The translations under genes were made by a program, and so were the position numbers. From Methanothrix sp. (lineage in GTDB: Archaea > Halobacteriota > Methanosarcinia > Methanotrichales > Methanotrichaceae): a stretch of DNA of 64,000 bases. The stretch lies in assembly GCA_025361645.1 (NCBI GenBank), contig JANYKI010000026.1, forward strand, positions 18 through 64,017. Reading direction: 5' to 3'. Below the pieces are notes generated by a model. It was not told where the DNA came from, searched no databases, and saw only the letters and a program-made list of their open reading frames with translations. Every line of letters starts with the position of its first letter. The first letter of the stretch is position 1. Shown in pieces: positions 1 to 7,366 of the stretch.

Positions 1-536
1 AACCCGACAGGGATTGAAACCAGGAGGGCGATAGCTGCCCATTCGGAACGGGGGATGGTTGCAGCGCACTTGAAAACCCGACAGGGATTGAAACATAATA
101 CCCCTGAATCCTCTATATGGGAAGAAAAGTCAAAGTTGCAGCGCACTTGAAAACCCGACAGGGATTGAAACTGATCGATCACTAGGCGGGACCCCTTCGC
201 AAGGGCGTTGCAGCGCACTTGAAAACCCGACAGGGATTGAAACACTTTTTGTGTGTAGTTCCTGCTCGTCATTTCCTGAAGTTGCAGCGCACTTGAAAAC
301 CCGACAGGGATTGAAACAGCTTCCCGAAATGGTTTTCTGCTCCGAACGCGTTGATGTTGCAGCGCACTTGAAAACCCGACAGGGATTGAAACTGGAATCA
401 ACCGCGACGTTCAACGTATAATCGATTGTTGCAGCGCACTTGAAAACCCGACAGGGATTGAAACAGATTAGGACGCTTGCGCCCAGATCTCGGCCTGTCG
501 TTGCAGCGCACTTGAAAAACCGACAGGGATTGAAAC
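1..536 (+). CRISPR. CRISPR array, trailer end: 37-bp repeat GTTGCAGCGCACTTGAAAACCCGACAGGGATTGAAAC; 1 partial + 7 full repeats, 7 spacers
   Basis: Repeats at 1-20 (partial), 58-94, 135-171, 207-243, 281-317, 356-392, 428-464, 500-536; unique spacers of 37, 40, 35, 37, 38, 35, 35 bp. The last repeat has a substitution (AAAAACCG), as expected at a trailer. The ATTGAAAC 3' end implies + orientation. Confidence 0.98.
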
Positions 537-599
537 GCCCATGAGCCCAGGCAGGGGCTCACACGTGATGGATGGGAAACAAGATCAATCGACATTATG

Positions 600-631
600 A
601 ATTCAGTTTCCCATAGGAAACTTTCGGAAAA
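600..631 (+). repeat. 32-bp direct repeat, copy A (AATTCAGTTTCCCATAGGAAACTTTCGGAAAA)
   Basis: 29/32 identical to 1291-1322; contains the near-palindrome TTTCCCATAGGAAA. Confidence 0.85.
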
Positions 632-672
632 TAAGTAAGTTCGATTTCCTTTGCTGGATAAAGTGCAGTCTC

Positions 673-867
673 TCAATCGCCTTCTTGCATTTTACGACAT
701 AATGCTACTCCTTCCTTGCTCAGCGCATAAGTCATCTCTCCTCGGGTTGGATGCATTAAGACATATCCCAAGCTTATGAGCTTACGCAATGCTTTTTTAA
801 CCTCTCGTCCTGCCTCTGTGTGTCTGCGGGCGAAGGCCTTCTCTGGGACGTGAGCAGACTTGCTCAT
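673..867 (-). CDS. small hypothetical protein, possible winged-helix-like fold
   Basis: 64-aa ORF with EVKKALRKLISLGYV helix followed by a beta-hairpin-like segment; divergent from 904..1257 with a TATA-like sequence between them. Confidence 0.55.
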   Translation of the reverse strand: MSKSAHVPEKAFARRHTEAGREVKKALRKLISLGYVLMHPTRGEMTYALSKEGVALCRKMQEGD

Positions 868-903
868 CTATATTGATATACTTACAGAACGCTATTAGTA
901 AGC

Positions 904-1257
904 ATGCAGTCAAAAGCAAGACGTCCTGCAATCGAGAGAGCAAGGGACGCACGGCTGGAGAGGGGCGGCGATACCGATTATGAGCTATATGAACTGATTA
1001 GCGAACACTCTGGACAGGGCGCTTATGAGCTCTCTAAGCTGAATGGCTGGACTGCAGGCCGCACGCACTCATCAATATTGCGATTGGAGAAAAAAGGGCT
1101 CGTATTTGTGGAGCGTATTGTGCAGGGTGGGAGGACAAAGCTTGTAGTTCGCCCCAGGCCCTGGCAGGAGTTCTTCACTCCAAAGGAGCTTGAAGAAATG
1201 CGCCAGCCCGGATACTTCGATGAAGTCGAGAAAATGGTGAAGCGGACAGAGGACTGA
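904..1257 (+). CDS. winged helix-turn-helix protein
   Basis: 117 aa; YELSKLNGWTAGRTHSSILRLEKKGLV is a wHTH-type pattern. Confidence 0.7.
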   Translation: MQSKARRPAIERARDARLERGGDTDYELYELISEHSGQGAYELSKLNGWTAGRTHSSILRLEKKGLVFVERIVQGGRTKLVVRPRPWQEFFTPKELEEMRQPGYFDEVEKMVKRTED

Positions 1258-1290
1258 AGGGCCACATAATGGCATCTCTATCGACGTAAA

Positions 1291-1322
1291 AATTCAGTTT
1301 CCCATGGGAAAATTGCGGAAAA
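1291..1322 (+). repeat. 32-bp direct repeat, copy B (AATTCAGTTTCCCATGGGAAAATTGCGGAAAA)
   Basis: Matches 600-631; contains the perfect palindrome TTTCCCATGGGAAA at 1298-1311. Confidence 0.85.
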
Positions 1323-1361
1323 AAATAGTTACGGATCTTCGCGATTTTCAATTTTTAAAGG

Positions 1362-1417
1362 AGTCTCTGTGCGTCCTCTGTGTCTCTGTGGTGGAGTAGT
1401 CGTTAGCTGTTGGTTAT
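1362..1417 (-). repeat. core-only inverted copy of the CACAGAG composite repeat
   Basis: Reverse complement reads ATAACCAACAGCTAACGACTACTCCACCACAGAGACACAGAGGACGCACAGAGACT, matching the core ATAACCGAACAACTAACGATCTCACCACAGAGG... at 3548, 4518, 5447, 6428. Confidence 0.85.
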
Positions 1418-1515
1418 GGTCCAAATGGTCAACGGTACTACCACCTTTGCATGACACGGGAAGCGCACAAAGGACTTGATTTATTCCATGATCGGTTCGG
1501 CAGAGTTAACCAATC

Positions 1516-1905
1516 TCAGCGCGCGTCGCAGTACCTCACCTCATCCACATCCAGCATGAGGGGCGTACCGGGCTCAAAGTTGGTTATCTTTCTCACCCGG
1601 CCCACGGCCACAAGTTGCAGTTGTACTCTTGCCGCCTGAGACTCACGCTCTTCGTAGTAGTCCTCGTTTGATTGAACTGTGCGATGGGTAATGATCTGTA
1701 GAGCTCTTATGCTGGCGATGAGCCCCCCAGTTCCTGGAACTATATCCGGGGCACTGGACTGCGTAAGAAAGATCCGGTCTCCCGGCTGAACACGCAAAAG
1801 CGTAAAGAAGTTGTTGGGGCTACGAATCTCCACCGTCCTGACCCGAGCTGCAGTAAGCTCATTCATCACATGTCTTGCCAATCCCGTTAGCGCTATGTAG
1901 ATCAT
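1516..1905 (-). CDS. DUF473 family protein
   Basis: 129 aa; ALTGL...RTVEIRSPNNF pattern of the archaeal DUF473 family, adjacent to the PAC2 gene. Confidence 0.75.
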   Translation of the reverse strand: MIYIALTGLARHVMNELTAARVRTVEIRSPNNFFTLLRVQPGDRIFLTQSSAPDIVPGTGGLIASIRALQIITHRTVQSNEDYYEERESQAARVQLQLVAVGRVRKITNFEPGTPLMLDVDEVRYCDAR

Positions 1906-1911
1906 GAGGCA

Positions 1912-2655
1912 TCACCCGTACATGGGAAACTCTTTGGGCATCTGAGCTTGCTGTTCCTCGGAAGAGGTGGTTTTCATCTGCTGGGCCAGTTGCGCCATCT
2001 GCACCTCGATCTGCTCAGCCTGCTCGGAGAGCTTGGCCGTGTTTATCCCCAAATCGTAGATCTTATTAAGCGTCTCGATAGTGGCAATGGCCGCTTTTGG
2101 GTCGGGTTCCGCTGAAGCCGTCTCGCCCAAAAGGCAGATAGCGGGTAGATTTCTTATGCGGCACTCGTTCATGATGCTGCCGGTAATGCCGGTAATTGTC
2201 CCCATCTCAAAGATCTCGGCCTTGTCCTTTATCTTATCAAGCAAATCTTGCCGGCTTACTGCGCCAAAGACCCGGTGCAGGTCTCCCATCACCGTTATGC
2301 CAGCCAGGCAGACCATCTCTCGAGCGCCTATAGACTCTGCAAAGGATACAATCTCCTTTCCAATCTCATAAGAGGCCAGGGGATGTACGGGAATGTCGGC
2401 TGTGAGGATTACCAGGCCCTTGGCCACATCCTCATAAATGCGAACCGGCATGTTCACAACGCCGCCTGTGAGAACGGCCAGCGGAGGGAAGTACCGGGAG
2501 CTCATGGCCCCGAGATAGGTCATTTTCAGTTCGTTGACGATGTACTGGCTGGCAATGTTTCCTACCAGGCCAATTCCCGGGAATCCCTCGATCAAGAGTG
2601 GGTTCTTGACGGAGGGCTCATTCTCAAGGATTACCTGGACGATTTCCTTATCCAT
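1912..2655 (-). CDS. proteasome assembly chaperone (PAC2) family protein
   Basis: LIEGFPGIGLVGNIA N-terminal motif; ICLLGET...PDPKAA; C-terminal MYG. Confidence 0.9.
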   Translation of the reverse strand: MDKEIVQVILENEPSVKNPLLIEGFPGIGLVGNIASQYIVNELKMTYLGAMSSRYFPPLAVLTGGVVNMPVRIYEDVAKGLVILTADIPVHPLASYEIGKEIVSFAESIGAREMVCLAGITVMGDLHRVFGAVSRQDLLDKIKDKAEIFEMGTITGITGSIMNECRIRNLPAICLLGETASAEPDPKAAIATIETLNKIYDLGINTAKLSEQAEQIEVQMAQLAQQMKTTSSEEQQAQMPKEFPMYG

Positions 2656-3062
2656 GCAAAAATGTTAGGCATTTATCTGAGATAAGAGCATCGCTTCATG
2701 AAGGAGGATGACAAAAAGGATGACAAAAAATTTTTCCCCACAATTCGGGGGCTTTGCACATCATGCAAAACTATATTTGCCCATACTAACAACTCCACCT
2801 TAATGAATCGTAATGATTTTTTTAAGATTCTGGAATAATTTATGGTGATATAGATTTATCGGATATATAGATGAAGAAATCCATTCTGTTGGCAAAAGAA
2901 GAAAGCGTGGCGGACTTATAAAATCTGACCGGATATTAAGATTGATAGTAATGACGGGAAAAGCACTATTTGATAATAATGAGATTAAAAATTATAAAAA
3001 ATTTCTAAAACAATTATCAAGAAAAGTATTCACTCATTTAATCATTATTGTTGAATGTGGAA

Positions 3063-3164
3063 TCATGATGCTTGATCAATCACTTCACCGATGCCGGGTG
3101 CATCATAGATTCCTGCCACTAAACCCAAATGTCCAACTATGCATGCATAGATATCCACATTCAT
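3063..3164 (-). pseudogene. remnant of an IS1634-family transposase N-terminus (DUF4277-like)
   Basis: Hand translation MNVDIYACIVGHLGLVAGIYDAPGIGEVIDQAS*; GHLGLVAG...GIGEVID resembles the IS1634 transposase start; stops after 33 aa. Confidence 0.6.
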
Positions 3165-3235
3165 GCTACTGCCCCGAGATGATCTAATAGCCTTCTAATT
3201 AAAATATGTTATCTATATTACTGCGGATTGTGGGA

Positions 3236-3325
3236 CTTAACGACGGTTCAGGCAGTCCCCGGCTTGGCGATTCTTACGGGGCTACCGAAAGCAGCGCCCG
3301 GCATCCTGTGAGCAGCATCGTCGGC
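3236..3325 (+). repeat. composite repeat, tail-only copy
   Basis: CTTAACGACGGTTCAGG...AAGCAGCGCCCGGCA...GCAGCATCGTCGGC aligns with 4591-4681. Confidence 0.8.
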
Positions 3326-3499
3326 GGTGCTCCTGCTCGCCTTCCCGTTCGCCGCTTGTGGGCCGGGCCGTCCGGGGCTTGCTGCTCTGTCATCAGGGCG
3401 GTCTGGATTGCCTGACAAGCGCTCGTGCAAGGGGGGCCGGGAGGCCGGTCGGGCCTGAGAGCCAGGAAGAGCTGGACTCTGGCGAAGGCGGCTTCTCCG

Positions 3500-3682
3500 T
3501 GGGCTGGATTTTAGGAAACGATCGCCGTTTCTTATTATTATTAGCTTATAATTATAACCGAACAACTAACGATCCCACCACAGAGGCACAGAGGCACAGA
3601 GCGCACAGAGGACGCACGGAGATGGCTCTTTAACAAAGGTTCGGGACCATTGTCCGGCTTAGCAATTCTTGCGGGCTACCGG
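3500..3682 (+). repeat. composite repeat copy 1 (core, 5 heptamers, tail)
   Basis: GGATTTT...ATAATTATAACCGAACAACTAACGATC at 3548, CACAGAG-type heptamers, TTAACAAAGGTTCGGGAC...TTCTTGCGGGCTACCGG. Confidence 0.92.
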
Positions 3683-3776
3683 ATACCTGCGACCGTCTCT
3701 TCGGGGGGGGCAGGAGGCCGGGCGGGCCGGGATCAGGAGGTGCTTAAGGAATGCTGCCGATTACTAAAATAAATAG

Positions 3777-4319
3777 CTAGAGGGCGATCTTAGCTTTTAT
3801 TTGGGAGACGTCGGATTCTATTCTTATCAACCTGCCTTCCAGGTTTTCCTTTAGATCAACGCGAAGCTCTCTAATCTCGCTTACGACAGCATCGCGTGAC
3901 TCATTGATAGACTCATTAAGGTCTTCATGTGTCTCCGTCAATTCTTTGCGAGTTGCCTTTATTTCGTTCAATATCTTTTCGTTTACTACGATAAGCTTCG
4001 TGAGCAGTTCTGCTGCTACATCCAGTCTCTGATCCGTCTCGCCTCCGGATACAACCTTGACAAAGCTGTCAAAATCGCCTGTTGCAGGAGAATGCTTGCT
4101 CTTGATATCAACCACATTGATAATTGTGTTCTTGATAGCCAAAGCCGCCAGCAGGCTCTCCAGATCACACGCTTCGCCCTCCGCCACCACCTTGACTCGC
4201 CCATCATCCAGATTCTGCACGTAACCTTTCAGACCGAAGTCACGAGCAATGGTGAGAACTCTGGCTCTGTAGCCGGTCTTCTGGACCTTGCCGGAGACGT
4301 AAGCGGTTAGCCTTTGCAT
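3777..4319 (-). CDS. acylphosphatase-domain protein with C-terminal coiled-coil-like extension
   Basis: MQRLTAYVSGKVQKTGYR...GLKGYVQNLDDGRVKVVAEG is the acylphosphatase signature. Start set at ATG 4319; the track's upstream 72 codons come from the repeat. Confidence 0.85.
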   Translation of the reverse strand: MQRLTAYVSGKVQKTGYRARVLTIARDFGLKGYVQNLDDGRVKVVAEGEACDLESLLAALAIKNTIINVVDIKSKHSPATGDFDSFVKVVSGGETDQRLDVAAELLTKLIVVNEKILNEIKATRKELTETHEDLNESINESRDAVVSEIRELRVDLKENLEGRLIRIESDVSQIKAKIAL

Positions 4320-4376
4320 GAGGACATATGTTGCTCTCTTTTTATTTAAGCCTTTAACCCTTGGGCGGAGAACCAT

Positions 4377-4681
4377 TTTGCAGCAGGCTCCGGCCCGCAT
4401 GCGTGCGCTCGGGCGGAGGCGCTGCTGCCCGCGTGGGTAGCCTGCTGTGGGCTTGGCTGGGCGATCTTCCGGCGCGGGATTTTGGAAGATGCTGCATCTC
4501 GCTATTACTATTAGCCGATAATTATAACCGAACAACTAACGATCTCACCACAGAGGCACAGAGCGCACAAAGGACGCACAGAGACGACCTCTTAACGAAG
4601 GTTCGGGACAATTCTACAACTTGACGATCCTTGCGGGCTATCGGAAGCAGCGCCCGGCAGCCAGTGGGCAGCATCGTTGGC
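4377..4681 (+). repeat. composite repeat copy 2 (GC-rich arm, core, 4 heptamers, tail)
   Basis: Most complete copy; core at 4518. Confidence 0.95.
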
Positions 4682-4795
4682 AGGATACCGATTGCGCTTC
4701 TGTTTCGTTGCCCGAGGACCGGGCCATCCGGGACTGCGGCGCTGCTCGCCAGGCGGGCCTCGATGCCAGGTTGAAATATGTCTTTCGAATTGATG

Positions 4796-5011
4796 CTATC
4801 CGAGATGCTTCAAGAAATCCTCTTCAGTTATGTCCAACTGCTTGAGAATTTCGTAGAACAGCCAGTTGCCTATTTCGCTATTGCCGTGTACTGGAATCGT
4901 TGTCGCTCGACCGTCGGGGTGCTTCCATCTGGCGTGACTTCCTTTTTGCCTCACCATCTGAAATCCGAGCTTCTTTGCGACCTTTTGCAGGTCACGAGCT
5001 TTGGCAGGCAT
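4796..5011 (-). CDS. hicA: HicA family toxin
   Basis: LGFQMVRQKGSHARWKHPDGRATTIPVH; overlaps the upstream hicB. Confidence 0.92.
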   Translation of the reverse strand: MPAKARDLQKVAKKLGFQMVRQKGSHARWKHPDGRATTIPVHGNSEIGNWLFYEILKQLDITEEDFLKHLG

Positions 5012-5222
5012 GAACGGCCTTCACATCGATATCTTCCGGAAGCATGCGACCTTCTTCGTTGTACTCTTCCAGGATCATCTCGAAGACGTTTATCAGCTCA
5101 GATTGTGCCTCTTCGGGTGTTTGGCCCCAGGAGTGGCAGCCTGGAATAGCAGGGACGTAGGCTGCATAGGTGCCGTTGTCTTCAGGGCGGAGCACTATTG
5201 TGTAGTCATAAAGGCGTTTCAT
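4992..5222 (-). CDS. hicB: HicB family antitoxin (short form)
   Basis: YTIVLRPEDNGTYAAYVPAIPGCHSWGQTPEEA. Confidence 0.92.
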   Translation of the reverse strand: MKRLYDYTIVLRPEDNGTYAAYVPAIPGCHSWGQTPEEAQSELINVFEMILEEYNEEGRMLPEDIDVKAVHACQSS

Positions 5223-5320
5223 CAGGATTTACTCAGTCCTATTTGCATATAATACTACTCAATGATGTCTGCGCGTACAAAGATGCGATTCCACACCTTG
5301 GCAACACGAGAAAAGGATCG

Positions 5321-5578
5321 GCCCCGCATGCGTGCGCTCGGGCAGGGGGCGCTGCTGCCCGCGCGGGCCGCCGACTGCGGGCTTGGAAGGATGTTTTTCC
5401 GGGCGCGGGATTTTGGAAAGCAATGGCAATTGGTTATTATTATCTGATAATTATAACCGAACAACTAACGATCTCATCACAGAGGCACAGAGCGCACGGA
5501 GACGACCTCTTAACGAAGGTTCGGGACAATTCTACTGCTTGACGATCCTTGCTGGCTACCGGCAGCCGCGCCTGGCAG
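5321..5578 (+). repeat. composite repeat copy 3 (arm, core, 3 heptamers, tail)
   Basis: Core at 5447; tail CTCTTAACGAAGGTTCGGGACAATTCTAC identical to copy 2. Confidence 0.95.
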
Positions 5579-5720
5579 TTCGTCGCCCATGCAGAAGAGA
5601 AGGCACTGGTCCCGGATCGCTTTCCGTTCGCTGCCTGTGGGCCGGTCGTCCAGGTCCGTGTCGTCGTCTGCCTGCATATCGTTCAGGTCTTAATTTATGG
5701 TGCAGAGAAAAAGAGGATAG

Positions 5721-5942
5721 CTAATCTGCGAAGAGCCACTCATCACGAGTGATCTCACCTTCTCGAAGGATCTCAGAGATTAGATTTGTGCCAATCTCTC
5801 GTCGATGAGAGTTCGGTATGCGCACAAAATTATCACCGCGGACCATGAAGTCATGATCTGAACCGGGAAACGGTCCCTCAAATCCAATTTTTCTCAATCG
5901 CCTGATCAGCTTCGCCCTTGAAACCGGCACAAGTTTACTCAA
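5721..5942 (-). CDS. hicA: HicA family toxin
   Basis: LRKIGFEGPFPGSDHDFMVRG...VRIPNSH, a HicA-type dsRBD pattern. Confidence 0.85.
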   Translation of the reverse strand: MSKLVPVSRAKLIRRLRKIGFEGPFPGSDHDFMVRGDNFVRIPNSHRREIGTNLISEILREGEITRDEWLFAD

Positions 5943-6192
5943 TAGCGCTCACCGGTTCAATTGATGCAGTTATCAGGTGGCCGCCAATTGGTGGTATGGA
6001 CCGCCCCATGCGAAGCCTAAGAGCGATCCAGCCTTCAATAACCGAGATAAGCTCTTTGCGGGCCTCTTCAACCGTTTTGCCCGTAGCCCAGGCGCCATGA
6101 AGCTCTGGTACTGAAACAAAGATAGGATCCTCATCTTCGATGGTTTTGTAAACAGCCCTTTCCAGAGCCGCCTCAATATACTCGGCGAACAT
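5935..6192 (-). CDS. hicB: HicB family antitoxin (short form)
   Basis: IFVSVPELHGAWATGKTVEEARKEL...EGWI. Confidence 0.88.
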   Translation of the reverse strand: MFAEYIEAALERAVYKTIEDEDPIFVSVPELHGAWATGKTVEEARKELISVIEGWIALRLRMGRSIPPIGGHLITASIEPVSAIE

Positions 6193-6305
6193 ATTGAGCT
6201 TATATCGTGAGGTAAAGGAAATATACCTTGCGCCATTGCCTTTTGAAGCACATCGGAGCCGGCAAAGATGCTTGATGCCTGAACAGTTGCCGGGCCGCAG
6301 GGCAA

Positions 6306-6520
6306 GCGCCCGCGTGCGCTCGGGCGGGGGGCGCTTGTGCCTACGTGGGCAGCCGCTCGCTGTGGCCTGGCAGTTTTGCGGGCGCGGGATTTTGGAAGAT
6401 GCTGCATCTCGCTATTACTATTAACTGATAGTTATGACCGAACAACTAACGATCTCACCACAGAGGCACAGAGCGCACGGAGGACGCACAAAGACGATTC
6501 CATAATGAAGGTTTCGAGAC
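6306..6520 (+). repeat. composite repeat copy 4 (arm, core, 4 heptamers, truncated tail)
   Basis: Core ATAGTTATGACCGAACAACTAACGATC at 6428; the tail ends 6 bp before the stop codon of the 6526..7260 gene. Confidence 0.93.
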
Positions 6521-6525
6521 CCCGT

Positions 6526-7260
6526 TCAAACCTCGAATAACTTGAGTTCTATCCTTGGTGGTCCTTCGATTCTGTCATCTAATTTTATGGTGGATGCATT
6601 TCCATCATTGCCGTTACCTGGAATATAGCAGCGCTTCATAGCACCTTCTTTCTGTACGTGAGCAGAACAAGCTGATGCAATGCCATAATGGCAGAACTTC
6701 TTCATTGCGTCCGTTGATCTAAAGCCATGACCTCTGTGAATAAGATCAACAACAATCTTTGGCCTCCTTTTTATCAATGCATTCCTTATGCGCTCATTGA
6801 AAAGTTCTCCGCATAATAGGACGCCAACAAGCCCGCCTTCTGTCGTAAGAAGACGAACATCATCGTAGCTCTGCCGTTTAGCTTCCCATTGATTGTCGGT
6901 TAGTGTAATTGGCTGCCCACTCCGTTTATTCCAGTGTCTGGTAGATGATCTTTGTTCCCAACTATATGTCATTTTGTCAACTGGACTCCAGGCATATCCA
7001 TATGCTTGGGGCCAACTCTGATCGTCCACGCCAAAAACTACAGCACGCTCTAAGCTACGAGCTTCATCTATGAGCACATCTGCTATTTGTTGCCTTGATT
7101 TAAAGTTATTACCAACTACGAAGCCCCCGGGAAGTACTAATATATCCGCGCCCAATGATTTCGCCTTTGCCATCGCCAGTTTTCCGGCTTTTAGTCGGCC
7201 TTCATTTTTGGATTCGTCTTCAGGCCCTTTGCTCCCAACAGTAGTTATGGCAACCTTCAT
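6526..7260 (-). CDS. divergent carbon-nitrogen hydrolase (nitrilase-fold) protein
   Basis: KVAITTV N-terminal strand, ADILVLPG (PE motif has lost Glu), VGVLLCGEL (nucleophile Cys retained). Confidence 0.6.
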   Translation of the reverse strand: MKVAITTVGSKGPEDESKNEGRLKAGKLAMAKAKSLGADILVLPGGFVVGNNFKSRQQIADVLIDEARSLERAVVFGVDDQSWPQAYGYAWSPVDKMTYSWEQRSSTRHWNKRSGQPITLTDNQWEAKRQSYDDVRLLTTEGGLVGVLLCGELFNERIRNALIKRRPKIVVDLIHRGHGFRSTDAMKKFCHYGIASACSAHVQKEGAMKRCYIPGNGNDGNASTIKLDDRIEGPPRIELKLFEV

Positions 7261-7366
7261 TTTTATCCTCTCTGTGACTTGCTCACATAGCTATGAATAG
7301 TTATAGTGATTGCATTAAGGCCATTCATGAAAACATTTTAAAACGTTGGTGTATGAAGCGACCTTT

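Noticed and set aside
21-499. Self-targeting spacers
   Set aside because: No match to the window noticed by eye, but an exhaustive search could not be run, so no claim is made.
130-676. ORFs 130..414 and 398..676
   Set aside because: Translations of CRISPR repeats and spacers.
3248-5464. ORFs starting MFGYNY (3248..3565, the first 72 codons of 3777..4535, 5255..5464) and the overlapping + strand TTEAQ ORFs
   Set aside because: They are translations of the GC-rich repeat itself from a TTG in the core; frame and length differ between copies.
4377-6420. Variable segments in the GC arm as CRISPR-like spacers or guides
   Set aside because: Differences are scattered substitutions and small indels, not unique fixed-length inserts between identical repeats.
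3500-6520. Calling the array a canonical integron with attC sites
   Set aside because: No integron integrase in the window; repeats are about 300 bp, longer than attC; no properly ordered RYYYAAC...GTTRRRY pair closing one hairpin could be found. Only the layout is integron-like.
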